IMG/VR virus record: IMGVR_UViG_3300023105_001195
Location: 1-49,993 of that record
Direction: 5' to 3' (one strand)
DNA from: a virus
Taxonomy: Duplodnaviria > Caudoviricetes
Length of the DNA: 49,993 nt
Shown here piece after piece: positions 25,411-35,203 of this stretch. The translations under genes were made by a program, and so were the position numbers. Each line of letters opens with the position of its first letter. The stretch's first letter is position 1. Under the pieces are notes generated by a model. That model had not been told where the DNA came from, ran no database searches, and was given only the letters and a program-made list of their open reading frames with translations.

Positions 25411-25457
25411 GACGTTCTAAGTCTACGGGGTGGTGTCCCCATAAATCCATATTGGAC
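25411..25457 (-). promoter_or_regulatory. candidate structured 5' leader RNA (three hairpins)
   Basis: TCCA-ATA-TGGA; TTTATGGGG-ACACCA-CCCCGTAGA; GAC-TTAGAAC-GTC between the late motif and the RBS. Confidence 0.5.
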
Positions 25458-25465
25458 AATAATAT

Positions 25466-27013
25466 TTAGCTTGCTGAGTATGGATTAGTGCCAGTAAAAG
25501 GAGTTTTAAGATATAAGTTAGCCGCACCTTGTAATGCACGGAAATTATTATAATCAGTTGCGGCAGTGCCAGTTGTGGGATCGTATAGTCTATTAGACTC
25601 ACTTACTTCTTGTAGCCAGCGTAAACACTGTTCTTGAGTATAGTGCGGCCTTGCTTCTAACAAACACGCTAGTATACCAGCAACTTGTGGAGATGCCATA
25701 CTAGTTCCGCTAATTTTTGTAATATCCCAACTATTATTATCAGGGTGTGGTGCAGTGCCATTAGCCAATGCTATTGTACTACCTGTTGCAATACTACTCA
25801 TAATAGGGCCGCCAGGTGCACTGATATCAACACGTGGTCCTTTTTCACTACTATTAAACAGTGGTTCTTGTCCACTTACGTAAACATAACTAATATTGCC
25901 TACACTGATAACACCTGGTTGTGCCATGGGTGTTGAACCACGATGATAATATGTAGTACCATATACACTGCTAGTCCAATAGTTATTGTAGTCTTGTCCT
26001 CCAGGAACATCACATTTATGACTACCATTCCCAGCCGCCGCTACCATGATAATACCATCATCCAAACAGTCTTGAATATCAGCATCGACACTGGCAATAC
26101 GAATCGGATGTGTATAAATGCCTTCGCTCTGTTGTCCTTGAATCATACCATATTGTGACTGCATTAGCGTGTCAGTCCATGGCGTGCCTCTCCAATTACC
26201 ACCAGTAATATTTTCATAATTAGCAAAATATCCCCAACTCATATTAACAATAGTTGGACGAATAGGAACACTGTCATTTTGTGGATTAGCAGTCTTTTTA
26301 CTGTTGTGCCACGCTCTAAGCATGTTAAAACTTGCACTGGCACCAAATGTATTGCCTGGGTCATCTAAGATTTTTAAACTGTATATGTTGGCATTACGAG
26401 CCCAACCAAAACGTCTACCTACTGCAATACCTGCAACGTGTGTACCGTGACCATCTATATCTCTGTGATACTGTGCTGGCTGAGTATATGTTCCACTAAG
26501 TCCACTAATACTTGGCCAATCAACAGTTTGATATCGTACTGTTGTCCCGTCAGCATCACTAATAAATTCTGGGTGATCTGGTTGAATACCACTGTCTTGA
26601 ATTACTACATCAATGTCTTGACCACTTAGTGTATATGGAAAATTATAAGGAACAGTTCCACTTACGCCGCCATATGGATCAGCACCACTGGTACAACTTA
26701 ACAGTCCCCAGTTACCTTGGTCAGGTGCCAGTGTGCTTCCTTTTTCATAAGCTCTTGTAGTTTCATCTAAACTTGCATTGACGAGATGATAGCCGTTTTC
26801 TATTTTACTACCATAACGTACATCTACAATACGTGGGTCGTTTCGCAATTCAGCTGCCTGCTCACGTGTCATAACAAAGTCAAAGTTACGTTTACTGCCA
26901 GGCTTTTCGTCATGTAATTCATATCCAGCATCCATCATCTGGTTTACAAATTCTTCTGTATCTACACCTTTATGTAGAGTAACTACTGCTCTGTTCTGAT
27001 CTTCAGTACTCAT
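25466..27013 (-). CDS. subtilisin-like S8 serine protease
   Basis: Catalytic triad VIQDSG, HGTHVAG, GTSMASP; oxyanion AAAGN; N-terminal prodomain-like segment. Confidence 0.93.
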   Translation of the reverse strand: MSTEDQNRAVVTLHKGVDTEEFVNQMMDAGYELHDEKPGSKRNFDFVMTREQAAELRNDPRIVDVRYGSKIENGYHLVNASLDETTRAYEKGSTLAPDQGNWGLLSCTSGADPYGGVSGTVPYNFPYTLSGQDIDVVIQDSGIQPDHPEFISDADGTTVRYQTVDWPSISGLSGTYTQPAQYHRDIDGHGTHVAGIAVGRRFGWARNANIYSLKILDDPGNTFGASASFNMLRAWHNSKKTANPQNDSVPIRPTIVNMSWGYFANYENITGGNWRGTPWTDTLMQSQYGMIQGQQSEGIYTHPIRIASVDADIQDCLDDGIIMVAAAGNGSHKCDVPGGQDYNNYWTSSVYGTTYYHRGSTPMAQPGVISVGNISYVYVSGQEPLFNSSEKGPRVDISAPGGPIMSSIATGSTIALANGTAPHPDNNSWDITKISGTSMASPQVAGILACLLEARPHYTQEQCLRWLQEVSESNRLYDPTTGTAATDYNNFRALQGAANLYLKTPFTGTNPYSAS

Positions 27014-27022
27014 AAATTATCC

Positions 27023-29182
27023 TTAAACAATATTAATCAAACCGTTCATTGCACTGTGATATTGACATACATAGTACAGTGTATTTGGTGCATCCATTTG
27101 TACTGTCCATTCAATAACACCGCTTTCTGTACCACCATTTGTCAAATTGTCAGTATACAGGTTTGAGGCATTGTATGCACCACTCGATGTCTGAATATGG
27201 AAAGGATGTCCTGGGGTATTGATATTAAATTTATATGTAAATCCACGATATAGGTATAATGTTGGATTGTCGTCACCATCAGTACCAGCACCAGTATATT
27301 GGTAACGTCCTGCGTCAGGTGCTGTTACACTAAATGTTGGAACACCAGTAGCAATGTTTGACACCTGTGTGTCTACATAATTCTTAGTAGCTGCATCCTG
27401 TAAATCAACTGGATCTAATACATTTGTAATTTTACTGCTATTTGCATTAATGTCGCCAACAGCAATTAAACTGATATCACTTGCACTTTCCAGTGTAGCA
27501 AATCCAAGTCCTGTACTGTCTAAACTTGTTACTGTAAGTGTATTGTTGATTGTAACAGCATCGTTAGTGACAGCACCACGTGCAGTTACGTCACTAAGTG
27601 TGTCTGTGCTACTTCCAATATCACTAGTAAGTGCTACTGTACCGCTGGCATCTGGGAATGTAATAGTTCTGTCAGCTGTGGGGTCAGTGACATTAATAGT
27701 AGTTTCAAATGCATCGTCTGTAGCACCTTCAAACTGTATACTGTTAAGTCCTGTAATGTCTGCATCTAAACTTAGTGAAATAAAGTTAGTTGCGACTTCA
27801 GCATTAATTTGTCCAGTAGTTCCTAGGAATGTAAGTGTCTCAGTTGATGTATCAAATGTATGGGTACCAATGTTACCAGCAATACCAAATGTACCGCCAC
27901 CACCAGCATCAGTATCGTTAATCCAACTACTGCCGTTATACTTTAGTACTTGTCCAGTTGTTGCTGAACTAATGCTAACATCTCCCAAGTCATTAATACT
28001 AGCATTGCTTATATTAGAACCTGTAATTGTTGCTGTTGGTGTTTCTCCATATACTATAATTGTAAATGGTGAAAAGTTACTTGGAGTACGGCCTCCACTA
28101 TTATCATAAAACTCTGCCGTAAATCCAGTTGTTGATTTATTACTAATACCAACATGGTAATCATCAAATGTTTCACTGTCAGTTACAACTGTATATTGTG
28201 TATTTGCTTGCGCATTATCAAAAGTAAAATCTAATGATGAGTTTCCACTATTCCAGTTACTCCAGCTAATACCAGTAGCGGAACCGTTAGACGTAGTTTC
28301 TACATTTGCAAATGCAAATGGTGCAATAACTGTGTCAGTACCACCAGCACTTGTCTGGTCCGCAACCCAAGCATAGTCACTTCCGTTCCAGCTTAAAATT
28401 TGGTTTGCAGTTGCGCTACTTGTATTAAGATGTGTATCTACGTCACTGTCAGTATAACTTGTGCCGCTAGTAACTGTTGTGAAACTAAAATTACCTGAAC
28501 CGTCTGTTGTTAATACTTGACCGTTAGTACCATCACTGATACTTAGATCTGTTAATGCACTGGGGATTGTTGGTTTATTTGTAAGACTATTGTAGTCACC
28601 ATCAAATGCATTACTAGTTAATTGATATCCACTTAAATCTGGGGGAGTGTATGTAAAGTGTCCACTGGTACTGTTGTATGCTAAATTTGCAGTACCTGCT
28701 GCGGCAACAGTAACACTCAAGTCTGTAAGCTCAATACCGCCACCGCCAGCGCCGCCATCAGCTGCTGGTACCCAGTTAGTACCATCGTATTTTAGTATTT
28801 GTCCTGTAGTAGCAGGTGTTGATAAATCAACATCATTTAAATCACCAATATTAACTGGTACACTGCTATCATCAGCAAGTTTAATCCAACTACCAGCATG
28901 TGCATAGTATGCAGCGCCTTCATTATGAACGTGTGCAAACATGCCGTGATAACTACTTGCTGCTGGCAAGTCAACTAAATCTTGGTATAAAAATGTAATA
29001 CGGTTGCTACCAGTTACATCCATTTTACCAGTTGCACTGTTTACTAGTGTAAGTGGGGTGTCGCCACCCAGTGCATTGTATAACTCTAAAAAGTTATCAT
29101 TATTTTTATCTAATGCATCTCTTAACGGATCACCAGTGCCATCATTTGCCACTGCACCAATATTTACTAACTGTCTAGACAT
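27023..29182 (-). CDS. virion fibre/baseplate-associated structural protein with C-terminal cupredoxin-like domain
   Basis: N-term ANDGTGDPLR (T4 gp9/gp10-like), GQ.L.(Y/W)(D/N)G repeats, DAATKNYVD, C-term GHPF...YYVCQYHSAM. Confidence 0.8.
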   Translation of the reverse strand: MSRQLVNIGAVANDGTGDPLRDALDKNNDNFLELYNALGGDTPLTLVNSATGKMDVTGSNRITFLYQDLVDLPAASSYHGMFAHVHNEGAAYYAHAGSWIKLADDSSVPVNIGDLNDVDLSTPATTGQILKYDGTNWVPAADGGAGGGGIELTDLSVTVAAAGTANLAYNSTSGHFTYTPPDLSGYQLTSNAFDGDYNSLTNKPTIPSALTDLSISDGTNGQVLTTDGSGNFSFTTVTSGTSYTDSDVDTHLNTSSATANQILSWNGSDYAWVADQTSAGGTDTVIAPFAFANVETTSNGSATGISWSNWNSGNSSLDFTFDNAQANTQYTVVTDSETFDDYHVGISNKSTTGFTAEFYDNSGGRTPSNFSPFTIIVYGETPTATITGSNISNASINDLGDVSISSATTGQVLKYNGSSWINDTDAGGGGTFGIAGNIGTHTFDTSTETLTFLGTTGQINAEVATNFISLSLDADITGLNSIQFEGATDDAFETTINVTDPTADRTITFPDASGTVALTSDIGSSTDTLSDVTARGAVTNDAVTINNTLTVTSLDSTGLGFATLESASDISLIAVGDINANSSKITNVLDPVDLQDAATKNYVDTQVSNIATGVPTFSVTAPDAGRYQYTGAGTDGDDNPTLYLYRGFTYKFNINTPGHPFHIQTSSGAYNASNLYTDNLTNGGTESGVIEWTVQMDAPNTLYYVCQYHSAMNGLINIV

Positions 29183-29204
29183 AGAAAAATCCCCTGTATG
29201 TCAT

Positions 29205-29211
29205 TATTTAT
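29205..29211 (-). promoter_or_regulatory. late promoter motif (ATAAATA)
   Basis: GCATAAATAA...ATACAGGGGAT leader closely similar to the one at 33251-33282. Confidence 0.65.
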
Positions 29212-29217
29212 GCTAGA

Positions 29218-32200
29218 TTAAGGATTGTCAACTATGGTAATAACTGCCCGGCCAATGTTAGTTGCAAGATATGATTCTTTATAAAATAAAATTTGTATTG
29301 TTTCAGGACCTTCAGTATTAGAGTCAGTTGCTATACCGCCCCCTATTACATATTCATCATTACTATTTCTACCAATAGCTCCTGAATTTTGTAATCCAAA
29401 AAAGTCTGAATTTAAAACAGCATTACCTGATAAAGTATAATAAATTTGACTGGGGAGATTGTAAACATAACTAGGTGTTAAAGTAACTGTAAAACTTGAG
29501 CCTTCATAAAAAGGATTTTCATATAACTCAGGATTAGGATCAACTGGTTGAGTTCCAGTTACAGCAACATTATATTCAACTGGAGGTCTGTCGTAAATTT
29601 TAACCTGTATTTCACCTTTAAGGTTTGCACTCGTAGTCACTGGACTATCATATAATCTCAAGTAAAAGAATTCAGGTGCTTCAGTCTGTGCATCGTTGAA
29701 TATATACATTGATGCTCCTGCATATCCTATAGTTCCTACAGTAAATTCTTGCTGGCCTAATGGCTGGTAGTCAGATCCTTCATAAGCAGACCCAGAAGTT
29801 TGTGTAATCCAAACTGGTGTGCCAGGAGGTGCAAGGGTAATATCTTCTGGAGTAGCTTTTATAACTACTGCTGTTTGTTCATAAACAGAGCCTGGGCCGC
29901 CTTCATCAAAAGCGTTTTCAGGCTCAATTTCAAAAGTCCAATTAATACTCGGTCTATCTTCTAATACATGTACTGTCCTGTAAAGCTGAGTTACATTGCC
30001 GTCGCCATCTCTTTCTTCAAATATTATTTCAAATGTCTTAGGACTTTCAGAAACATAGTCAGCCACAAACCCAAAATTTATTTCAATTTCTTCACCAGCT
30101 GATACGCTGTATGGTATTCCGCTTTGGTAATTTGCAAAGGCGTAGAAGTCAGAGTTGTTTATGTTTCCGTCCATCCTAACATAAAATGTATATGTGTCAT
30201 TGGTAGGTATATACCCGTTTCCTCGCACTGCATAACTTAATGATTCACCTTCATAAATTACGTCTCCGTCTCTAGATGGATTGTTTAAATCTGGTGTTAT
30301 TATGATTCCTGGTGTTCTATTTGATGTGTCTTCTATTGTTATTAATGCAGTATCACCTGAATCAATCCTAAACAATAAACGTTCAGTACCTTCAGTGAGT
30401 TCATCATTTGTTACTGTTATAGTTAGTGTAGATTCCCAGATATTATCAGAATTTAATGAAAACGTCATATTACCAGTTAGTGGAACATCTACATCGTCTT
30501 GTGTTATTCCATCACCTAAAATTTCATATGAAACAGTACGTTTTGATTCTGGTAAATCTTGCCTTGCCTGTACTGTTATTGTTGTTGTTGGGCTTTCAAC
30601 TTCGTCCACAGTGAAACTAGAAACTACAAAACCGTATCCGTATTCTTCTTTTGTGTCATTTAGTTTTGTGGTGTATTTTTCACTAAATGGATTAATTAAA
30701 AACTTTTTAGCCATTCCTTGGAATGATGAATCGTCGAAATAGTTTGGATCAGATGTATTATCCCTATCTTCTGTTTCAACCTGATATTTATTTACACTAG
30801 CAAACTCTAATAACCATTTTTTACACTGTGCACTAGTAGCTGTAGGATTTATTTGCAAGTATAGTGCTAATATACCAGTAACTTGCGGTGCTGCCATACT
30901 TGTGCCAGTAATACATAAATTATTGTACGCATTATTACCAAAATAACTAGCCGAAAAAGTTCTGTTTGGGTCAAGTGCAAGCATATCAGCATTGTTTGTT
31001 GCCGCCCAAATCCTAGTCCCTGGTGCTGCAATATCATTTGCTGGGCCACGTACAGAACTTCTTGTCAATACTTCTCCGAGACTAGCGCCAAAAACATTTA
31101 TGCCAGTATTTGAGTAATTAGCAACAGAAATACCATCAGCTGACCATGGTGAACCAGGTCTATTATAATAAATTGGATCACCAGCTGGTATATCAATCCA
31201 GTCGCCACTAGAAGTGTAATGATTGTCATAATCAATACCTCCAGGCAGGTCATGTTTATAACCTGAATTTCCACCTGCATTGACAAATACAACACCAGCA
31301 TCTATCATATCTTGACATGCTTCGTTAACTGCTATATTTGATGCTTCATGTCTAACAGAAGGACCAAATCCAAGAGATCTATAATTTGATCCATTTAGAG
31401 AAGTTGTACCTGTACTTGTTCCTCTGAATACAACGTCAGTTAAAGAATTGCTGTCTATATAACCTGGAACATACCAACCGTACCCCCAACTTGCGTTAAC
31501 GATAGTTGGTCGTTTATATCCAGTATTAGGATCAATAGGTTTTTGTTCATGCCACAATCTAATTAAATTAAAGCAGTCGATTGTACCAATCCCGCCTGCT
31601 GAATCAAAACGTATACTATATATACGTGCATTTTTAGCATAACCGTGTCTTTTTCCTGCTGCAATACTTGCAACATGTGTTCCGTGATACCCTACGTCAC
31701 CATAATGAGATGATGACATTGCACCACTACTACCAGTTTCTGCATACCAATCGATTTCCATAAGTCTAGTATTACCGTCAGCATCTTCCCATTCAGGGTG
31801 TCCGGTCATAACACCATTATCTTGAATTACAACGTCTACACCTGTGCCATCAAGTGCATAAGGATATTTGACACCAGTGCTAATATCATACACTCTCAAC
31901 GGATCAAATATGTCAGTTTCGCCTTCTATATAGGCTAGTGGGTCTTTTCTAGAAGTACTAAACAGCCCCCAGTTTGTAAAATATCCATCTAATACACTTG
32001 TGCCATTCCTCCAAAATATATCACGCTGTTCAGCAAATATATCATATGTGTTAAATGTAAAGACTTCGACTGCCTTAACATCTTTATGACTTCTTAATAA
32101 TGATGCTTCTTCTTGAGTTAGGAAAAATTCTGTTGATTTTAAACTTAATTCCATTGGGTTAGATATTGACACTGCTCTAGTAGGTATTAAGTTATCAGTG

Positions 32201-32283
32201 TCTGTGGTGTTATCAGTTCTAATAGTGTTTAAAAAATCTTCTACAACATCGACATTAGCTAGTGTTACTATGTATCTATTCAT
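29218..32283 (-). CDS. S8 serine protease with C-terminal Calx-beta-like repeats
   Basis: VIQDNG, HGTHVAS, NAGGN, GTSMAAP; about four C-terminal repeats of the form EG.........D..(T/S)E..E/K.F. Confidence 0.9.
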   Translation of the reverse strand: MNRYIVTLANVDVVEDFLNTIRTDNTTDTDNLIPTRAVSISNPMELSLKSTEFFLTQEEASLLRSHKDVKAVEVFTFNTYDIFAEQRDIFWRNGTSVLDGYFTNWGLFSTSRKDPLAYIEGETDIFDPLRVYDISTGVKYPYALDGTGVDVVIQDNGVMTGHPEWEDADGNTRLMEIDWYAETGSSGAMSSSHYGDVGYHGTHVASIAAGKRHGYAKNARIYSIRFDSAGGIGTIDCFNLIRLWHEQKPIDPNTGYKRPTIVNASWGYGWYVPGYIDSNSLTDVVFRGTSTGTTSLNGSNYRSLGFGPSVRHEASNIAVNEACQDMIDAGVVFVNAGGNSGYKHDLPGGIDYDNHYTSSGDWIDIPAGDPIYYNRPGSPWSADGISVANYSNTGINVFGASLGEVLTRSSVRGPANDIAAPGTRIWAATNNADMLALDPNRTFSASYFGNNAYNNLCITGTSMAAPQVTGILALYLQINPTATSAQCKKWLLEFASVNKYQVETEDRDNTSDPNYFDDSSFQGMAKKFLINPFSEKYTTKLNDTKEEYGYGFVVSSFTVDEVESPTTTITVQARQDLPESKRTVSYEILGDGITQDDVDVPLTGNMTFSLNSDNIWESTLTITVTNDELTEGTERLLFRIDSGDTALITIEDTSNRTPGIIITPDLNNPSRDGDVIYEGESLSYAVRGNGYIPTNDTYTFYVRMDGNINNSDFYAFANYQSGIPYSVSAGEEIEINFGFVADYVSESPKTFEIIFEERDGDGNVTQLYRTVHVLEDRPSINWTFEIEPENAFDEGGPGSVYEQTAVVIKATPEDITLAPPGTPVWITQTSGSAYEGSDYQPLGQQEFTVGTIGYAGASMYIFNDAQTEAPEFFYLRLYDSPVTTSANLKGEIQVKIYDRPPVEYNVAVTGTQPVDPNPELYENPFYEGSSFTVTLTPSYVYNLPSQIYYTLSGNAVLNSDFFGLQNSGAIGRNSNDEYVIGGGIATDSNTEGPETIQILFYKESYLATNIGRAVITIVDNP

Positions 32284-32296
32284 TATGTTTCCTATC

Positions 32297-33250
32297 TTAA
32301 TGCAAGTCTACCCAAACACCATTTGCATATCCCTGGAATTTGTTTGTATCAGTATTATAAACTGTGTCTCCATTTAGTGCAGTTAAAGCATCACGTTGTG
32401 CAGTTGTAAAGTTAGCAACTCTAAAAGGAGTAGTATTTCCTACCGCAACACGATTTGTTGCATTTAAGTTAATATCAGTGGTACTATTAATATCTGTTAA
32501 ACCAGTACCAGTAATATATAAACTATCAACTGTTAATGTATTAAACGTAACATCATCTGTAGTATCAAGTGATTGGTTATATGATGTCCCGCCACTGCCT
32601 GTTTGATCAGTTACCCATGCATAATCACTACCATCCCAACTTAGAAGTTGATTTGTTCCTGCTGTACTTGTATTAAGGTGTGTATCAACATCACTGTTAG
32701 TATAGCTAGTACCACTTGTTACAGTTGTAAATGAAAAGTTACCAGCACCGTCAGTTGTTAAAACTTGTCCGTTTGTACCATCACTAATACCTAGATCAGT
32801 TAATGCACTGGGGCCTGTATCATTGGCAGGTTCCCAAGCACTGTTTGCACTGCTCCATTTTAACACCTGTCCATTTGTCGGGGCTGTTGTTGTAGTATCT
32901 ACATCAACTAAATCACCAATATTAATATTACTTAGATCACTTTTATTTGCTAACTCAACCCAATTACCTGCATGAGCAAAATAGGCAGCACCTTGTGTGT
33001 GTACATGCGCAAACATGCCGTGGTAACTGCTAGCTGCTGGTAAATCTAGTGTATCATTGAATAAAAATGTAATCTTGTTTGATCCAGTAAGATCAAGTTC
33101 ACCGTTATTGATAATAGTAGTTAATGTGTCACCACCTAACGCAGTATAAACTTCAATAAAGTTATCATTTAATTTATCTAATGCTGAACGTATTGGTTCA
33201 CCAGTGCCGTCATTTGCTACTGTGCCAATATTTACGAATTGTCTTGACAT
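32297..33250 (-). CDS. virion fibre-like structural protein, paralog of 27023-29182
   Basis: MSRQFVNIGTVANDGTGEPIR; shares DLPAASSYHGMFAHVH and an approximately 70 aa block with the paralog. Confidence 0.8.
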   Translation of the reverse strand: MSRQFVNIGTVANDGTGEPIRSALDKLNDNFIEVYTALGGDTLTTIINNGELDLTGSNKITFLFNDTLDLPAASSYHGMFAHVHTQGAAYFAHAGNWVELANKSDLSNINIGDLVDVDTTTTAPTNGQVLKWSSANSAWEPANDTGPSALTDLGISDGTNGQVLTTDGAGNFSFTTVTSGTSYTNSDVDTHLNTSTAGTNQLLSWDGSDYAWVTDQTGSGGTSYNQSLDTTDDVTFNTLTVDSLYITGTGLTDINSTTDINLNATNRVAVGNTTPFRVANFTTAQRDALTALNGDTVYNTDTNKFQGYANGVWVDLH

Positions 33251-33259
33251 AAAATAATC

Positions 33260-33291
33260 CCCTGTATTACACTTATTTATGCTATACAGGG
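33260..33291 (-). promoter_or_regulatory. hairpin with late motif in the loop and RBS in the 3' arm
   Basis: CCCTGTAT ... TAAATA (33274-33279) ... ATACAGGG. Confidence 0.6.
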
Positions 33292-33296
33292 AGGTT

Positions 33297-34361
33297 TTAT
33301 GCTGCTTTTAGTATACCAGTAAATGGATCTTTTTGCATATAATACTGTTGATAAAGTTGTGTACTGGCTAAGTTCTTCATTTTAGCCTCTACCATAATAT
33401 CAAATTTATCCCAAAAACTCAAGGCCCACTCATTGCTTGCAGTATTCCAGCAATAGTCTGAATGTGCTCTTAGTTTTTGTTTTTTGTATGAGGATTCAAG
33501 TAGTGTGTCCATGTCTGGTCGTACACTTGATGAAGCATCCTTGATATAGTCCTCACGGCTAAGGCTGTAATGCATAGTAGGACGCACACCACGCCAACTA
33601 TCGATAATAATACTAATGCGCTCGTCGTCATGTCGAATATATTCTCCTGTCTTGACCCAGTGATGATGTATGTCCATCACCAAGGGTACATCTTTACTTA
33701 GCTCTAGGCTTGCTTCGAGTCCCCAGGAGTTTTCGTCGTTTTCGATAGTGATAGTGTTTCGTGCTTCTGTAGACAATCTTGGAAGGATGTCTTGGATACC
33801 GGCTGGACCTTTTTTACCTGAGATGTGGACGTTACACTTGAAGTCTTGCCAGTTCTGACCGTAGCCCATCCACCTGATGATATCCGCATGATATTCAAAC
33901 TCCTCTAATGAACGTTCGACCACATCCGGATTATCGGAAGCAAGAACGGTAAACTGACCAGGGTGCATAGACAAGCGTACATCAAGCTCACGTGCAATAT
34001 CGCCAACTTTCGAGTACGCTCGCTCGAGCCGTGTTCGGAGATCTGCTTGCCTATAGAAATAAGCCCAATCACCATGAGTATAAGCAGGCAACAAATTACT
34101 GCCAATACGTACCATGCGTAATGATTCTGGTAAAGATCCAACATATCTAATTAGCCTTTCTAAATTTGCCACGTTGTCAAAAGCAATTTCATAAAGTCTT
34201 TGCTCTGCTACTTCACGTGACTGTCTGTTAAGCCATGTAATAGTTGTAGATCTTTCAGTATACTGTGACTGAATTTCTTTAAGTATTTTAGGCTTTTGTG
34301 TTTGGTCCGGATGCATGTATTTACATGCAAATCCGATCCGTTTTATGCTACTATTAAACAT
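33297..34361 (-). CDS. uvsE: UV damage endonuclease (UVDE)
   Basis: RIGFACKY, RIGS.LLP, RLSMHPGQF, NVHISG, IENDE, DIHHHW, HYS, AHSD, DIMVEAK.K; start moved to 34361. Confidence 0.93.
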   Translation of the reverse strand: MFNSSIKRIGFACKYMHPDQTQKPKILKEIQSQYTERSTTITWLNRQSREVAEQRLYEIAFDNVANLERLIRYVGSLPESLRMVRIGSNLLPAYTHGDWAYFYRQADLRTRLERAYSKVGDIARELDVRLSMHPGQFTVLASDNPDVVERSLEEFEYHADIIRWMGYGQNWQDFKCNVHISGKKGPAGIQDILPRLSTEARNTITIENDENSWGLEASLELSKDVPLVMDIHHHWVKTGEYIRHDDERISIIIDSWRGVRPTMHYSLSREDYIKDASSSVRPDMDTLLESSYKKQKLRAHSDYCWNTASNEWALSFWDKFDIMVEAKMKNLASTQLYQQYYMQKDPFTGILKAA

Positions 34362-34578
34362 ATTGTTGTAATAACTCTGTTGTTTGTTTTGCAGTAAAGG
34401 TATGCTTAAACTTGCTAGGGAAGTTTGCACGGATTGCTTGCTGTTGTTTACGTGTATAAGGTACAGCAATAAACGCATCTGAGCCGTATACTTGTTGTGC
34501 AAGTTGGTACTGCGATGCACTAATTTTTTGTGCAAAGTTAAAAATAGTTAAGCCGGGTTCTGTTACTAGATAGCTCAT
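34354..34578 (-). CDS. hypothetical protein
   Basis: AAGGAG RBS directly after a sigma70 promoter. Confidence 0.7.
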   Translation of the reverse strand: MSYLVTEPGLTIFNFAQKISASQYQLAQQVYGSDAFIAVPYTRKQQQAIRANFPSKFKHTFTAKQTTELLQQYV

Positions 34579-34604
34579 AAGTGTCTCCTTACTGTTACTA
34601 TATC

Positions 34605-34633
34605 AGTATAGAGTAAAGCGTCTTGGTTGTCAA
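34605..34633 (-). promoter_or_regulatory. sigma70-type early promoter TTGACA-17-TATACT
   Basis: Consensus boxes at 17 bp spacing. Confidence 0.82.
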
Positions 34634-34636
34634 CAC

Positions 34637-35203
34637 TTAATTGAATAAATGTTTATACTTTGTATAAAAATCCAGTGCTTCTGTTTTTGTCATAGTTGGA
34701 TATTTTTTGTATCTGTTATGCAAACTATCCCAATCTCTCATAGCTGGGTGTGTTTTTTCACCAATGCTAAGACGAGTTGCATAACGCCAGCCATCCAAGT
34801 TTTTGCTTTCTACCCAACGGTTATGCATAAACTTTGCGGCTGTTTCTTTGATATTTTCATATACATCATCTTCCATTTCAATTTCAAATGGGTGTTGCAT
34901 ATCTTTGTCTGGGTCATATAAGTTACTGGCTTCTATTTCAAAGTCATCACCGTATCTCATTTCCCAAGCACTTACAATAAATTCTGCTTCAGTTTTGTTT
35001 AAATGACGGGTTAAGTGTACTACGTACACATATGGAAACCCGTCATCAGCAATATCTTCATCTTCAACTTCTACTTCAAGATCCTCATCTTCATCATAAA
35101 TTGGCACACCAGGCGGTGTGAATTTTAATACAGTATCAAACCATAGATCCATTTCTTGATCAGTTAAGTCTCTTGCTGTTAAAAGTCGAATATACTGTTG
35201 CAT
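34637..35203 (-). CDS. RyR-domain protein
   Basis: A...HNRW...K..DGWRY......KTHP.M..WD.L is the RyR repeat signature. Confidence 0.75.
   Translation of the reverse strand: MQQYIRLLTARDLTDQEMDLWFDTVLKFTPPGVPIYDEDEDLEVEVEDEDIADDGFPYVYVVHLTRHLNKTEAEFIVSAWEMRYGDDFEIEASNLYDPDKDMQHPFEIEMEDDVYENIKETAAKFMHNRWVESKNLDGWRYATRLSIGEKTHPAMRDWDSLHNRYKKYPTMTKTEALDFYTKYKHLFN

Noticed and set aside
28350-32810. Shared block between the two fibres as a DGR template/variable repeat or invertible cassette
   Set aside because: Differences are mostly synonymous and not adenine-specific; same orientation; no reverse transcriptase or invertase in the window. Ordinary paralogy.
34362-34535. 58-codon N-terminal extension of uvsE in the ORF track
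   Set aside because: Overlaps the 34354-34578 gene that has the RBS and promoter; UvsE similarity begins at about 34361.
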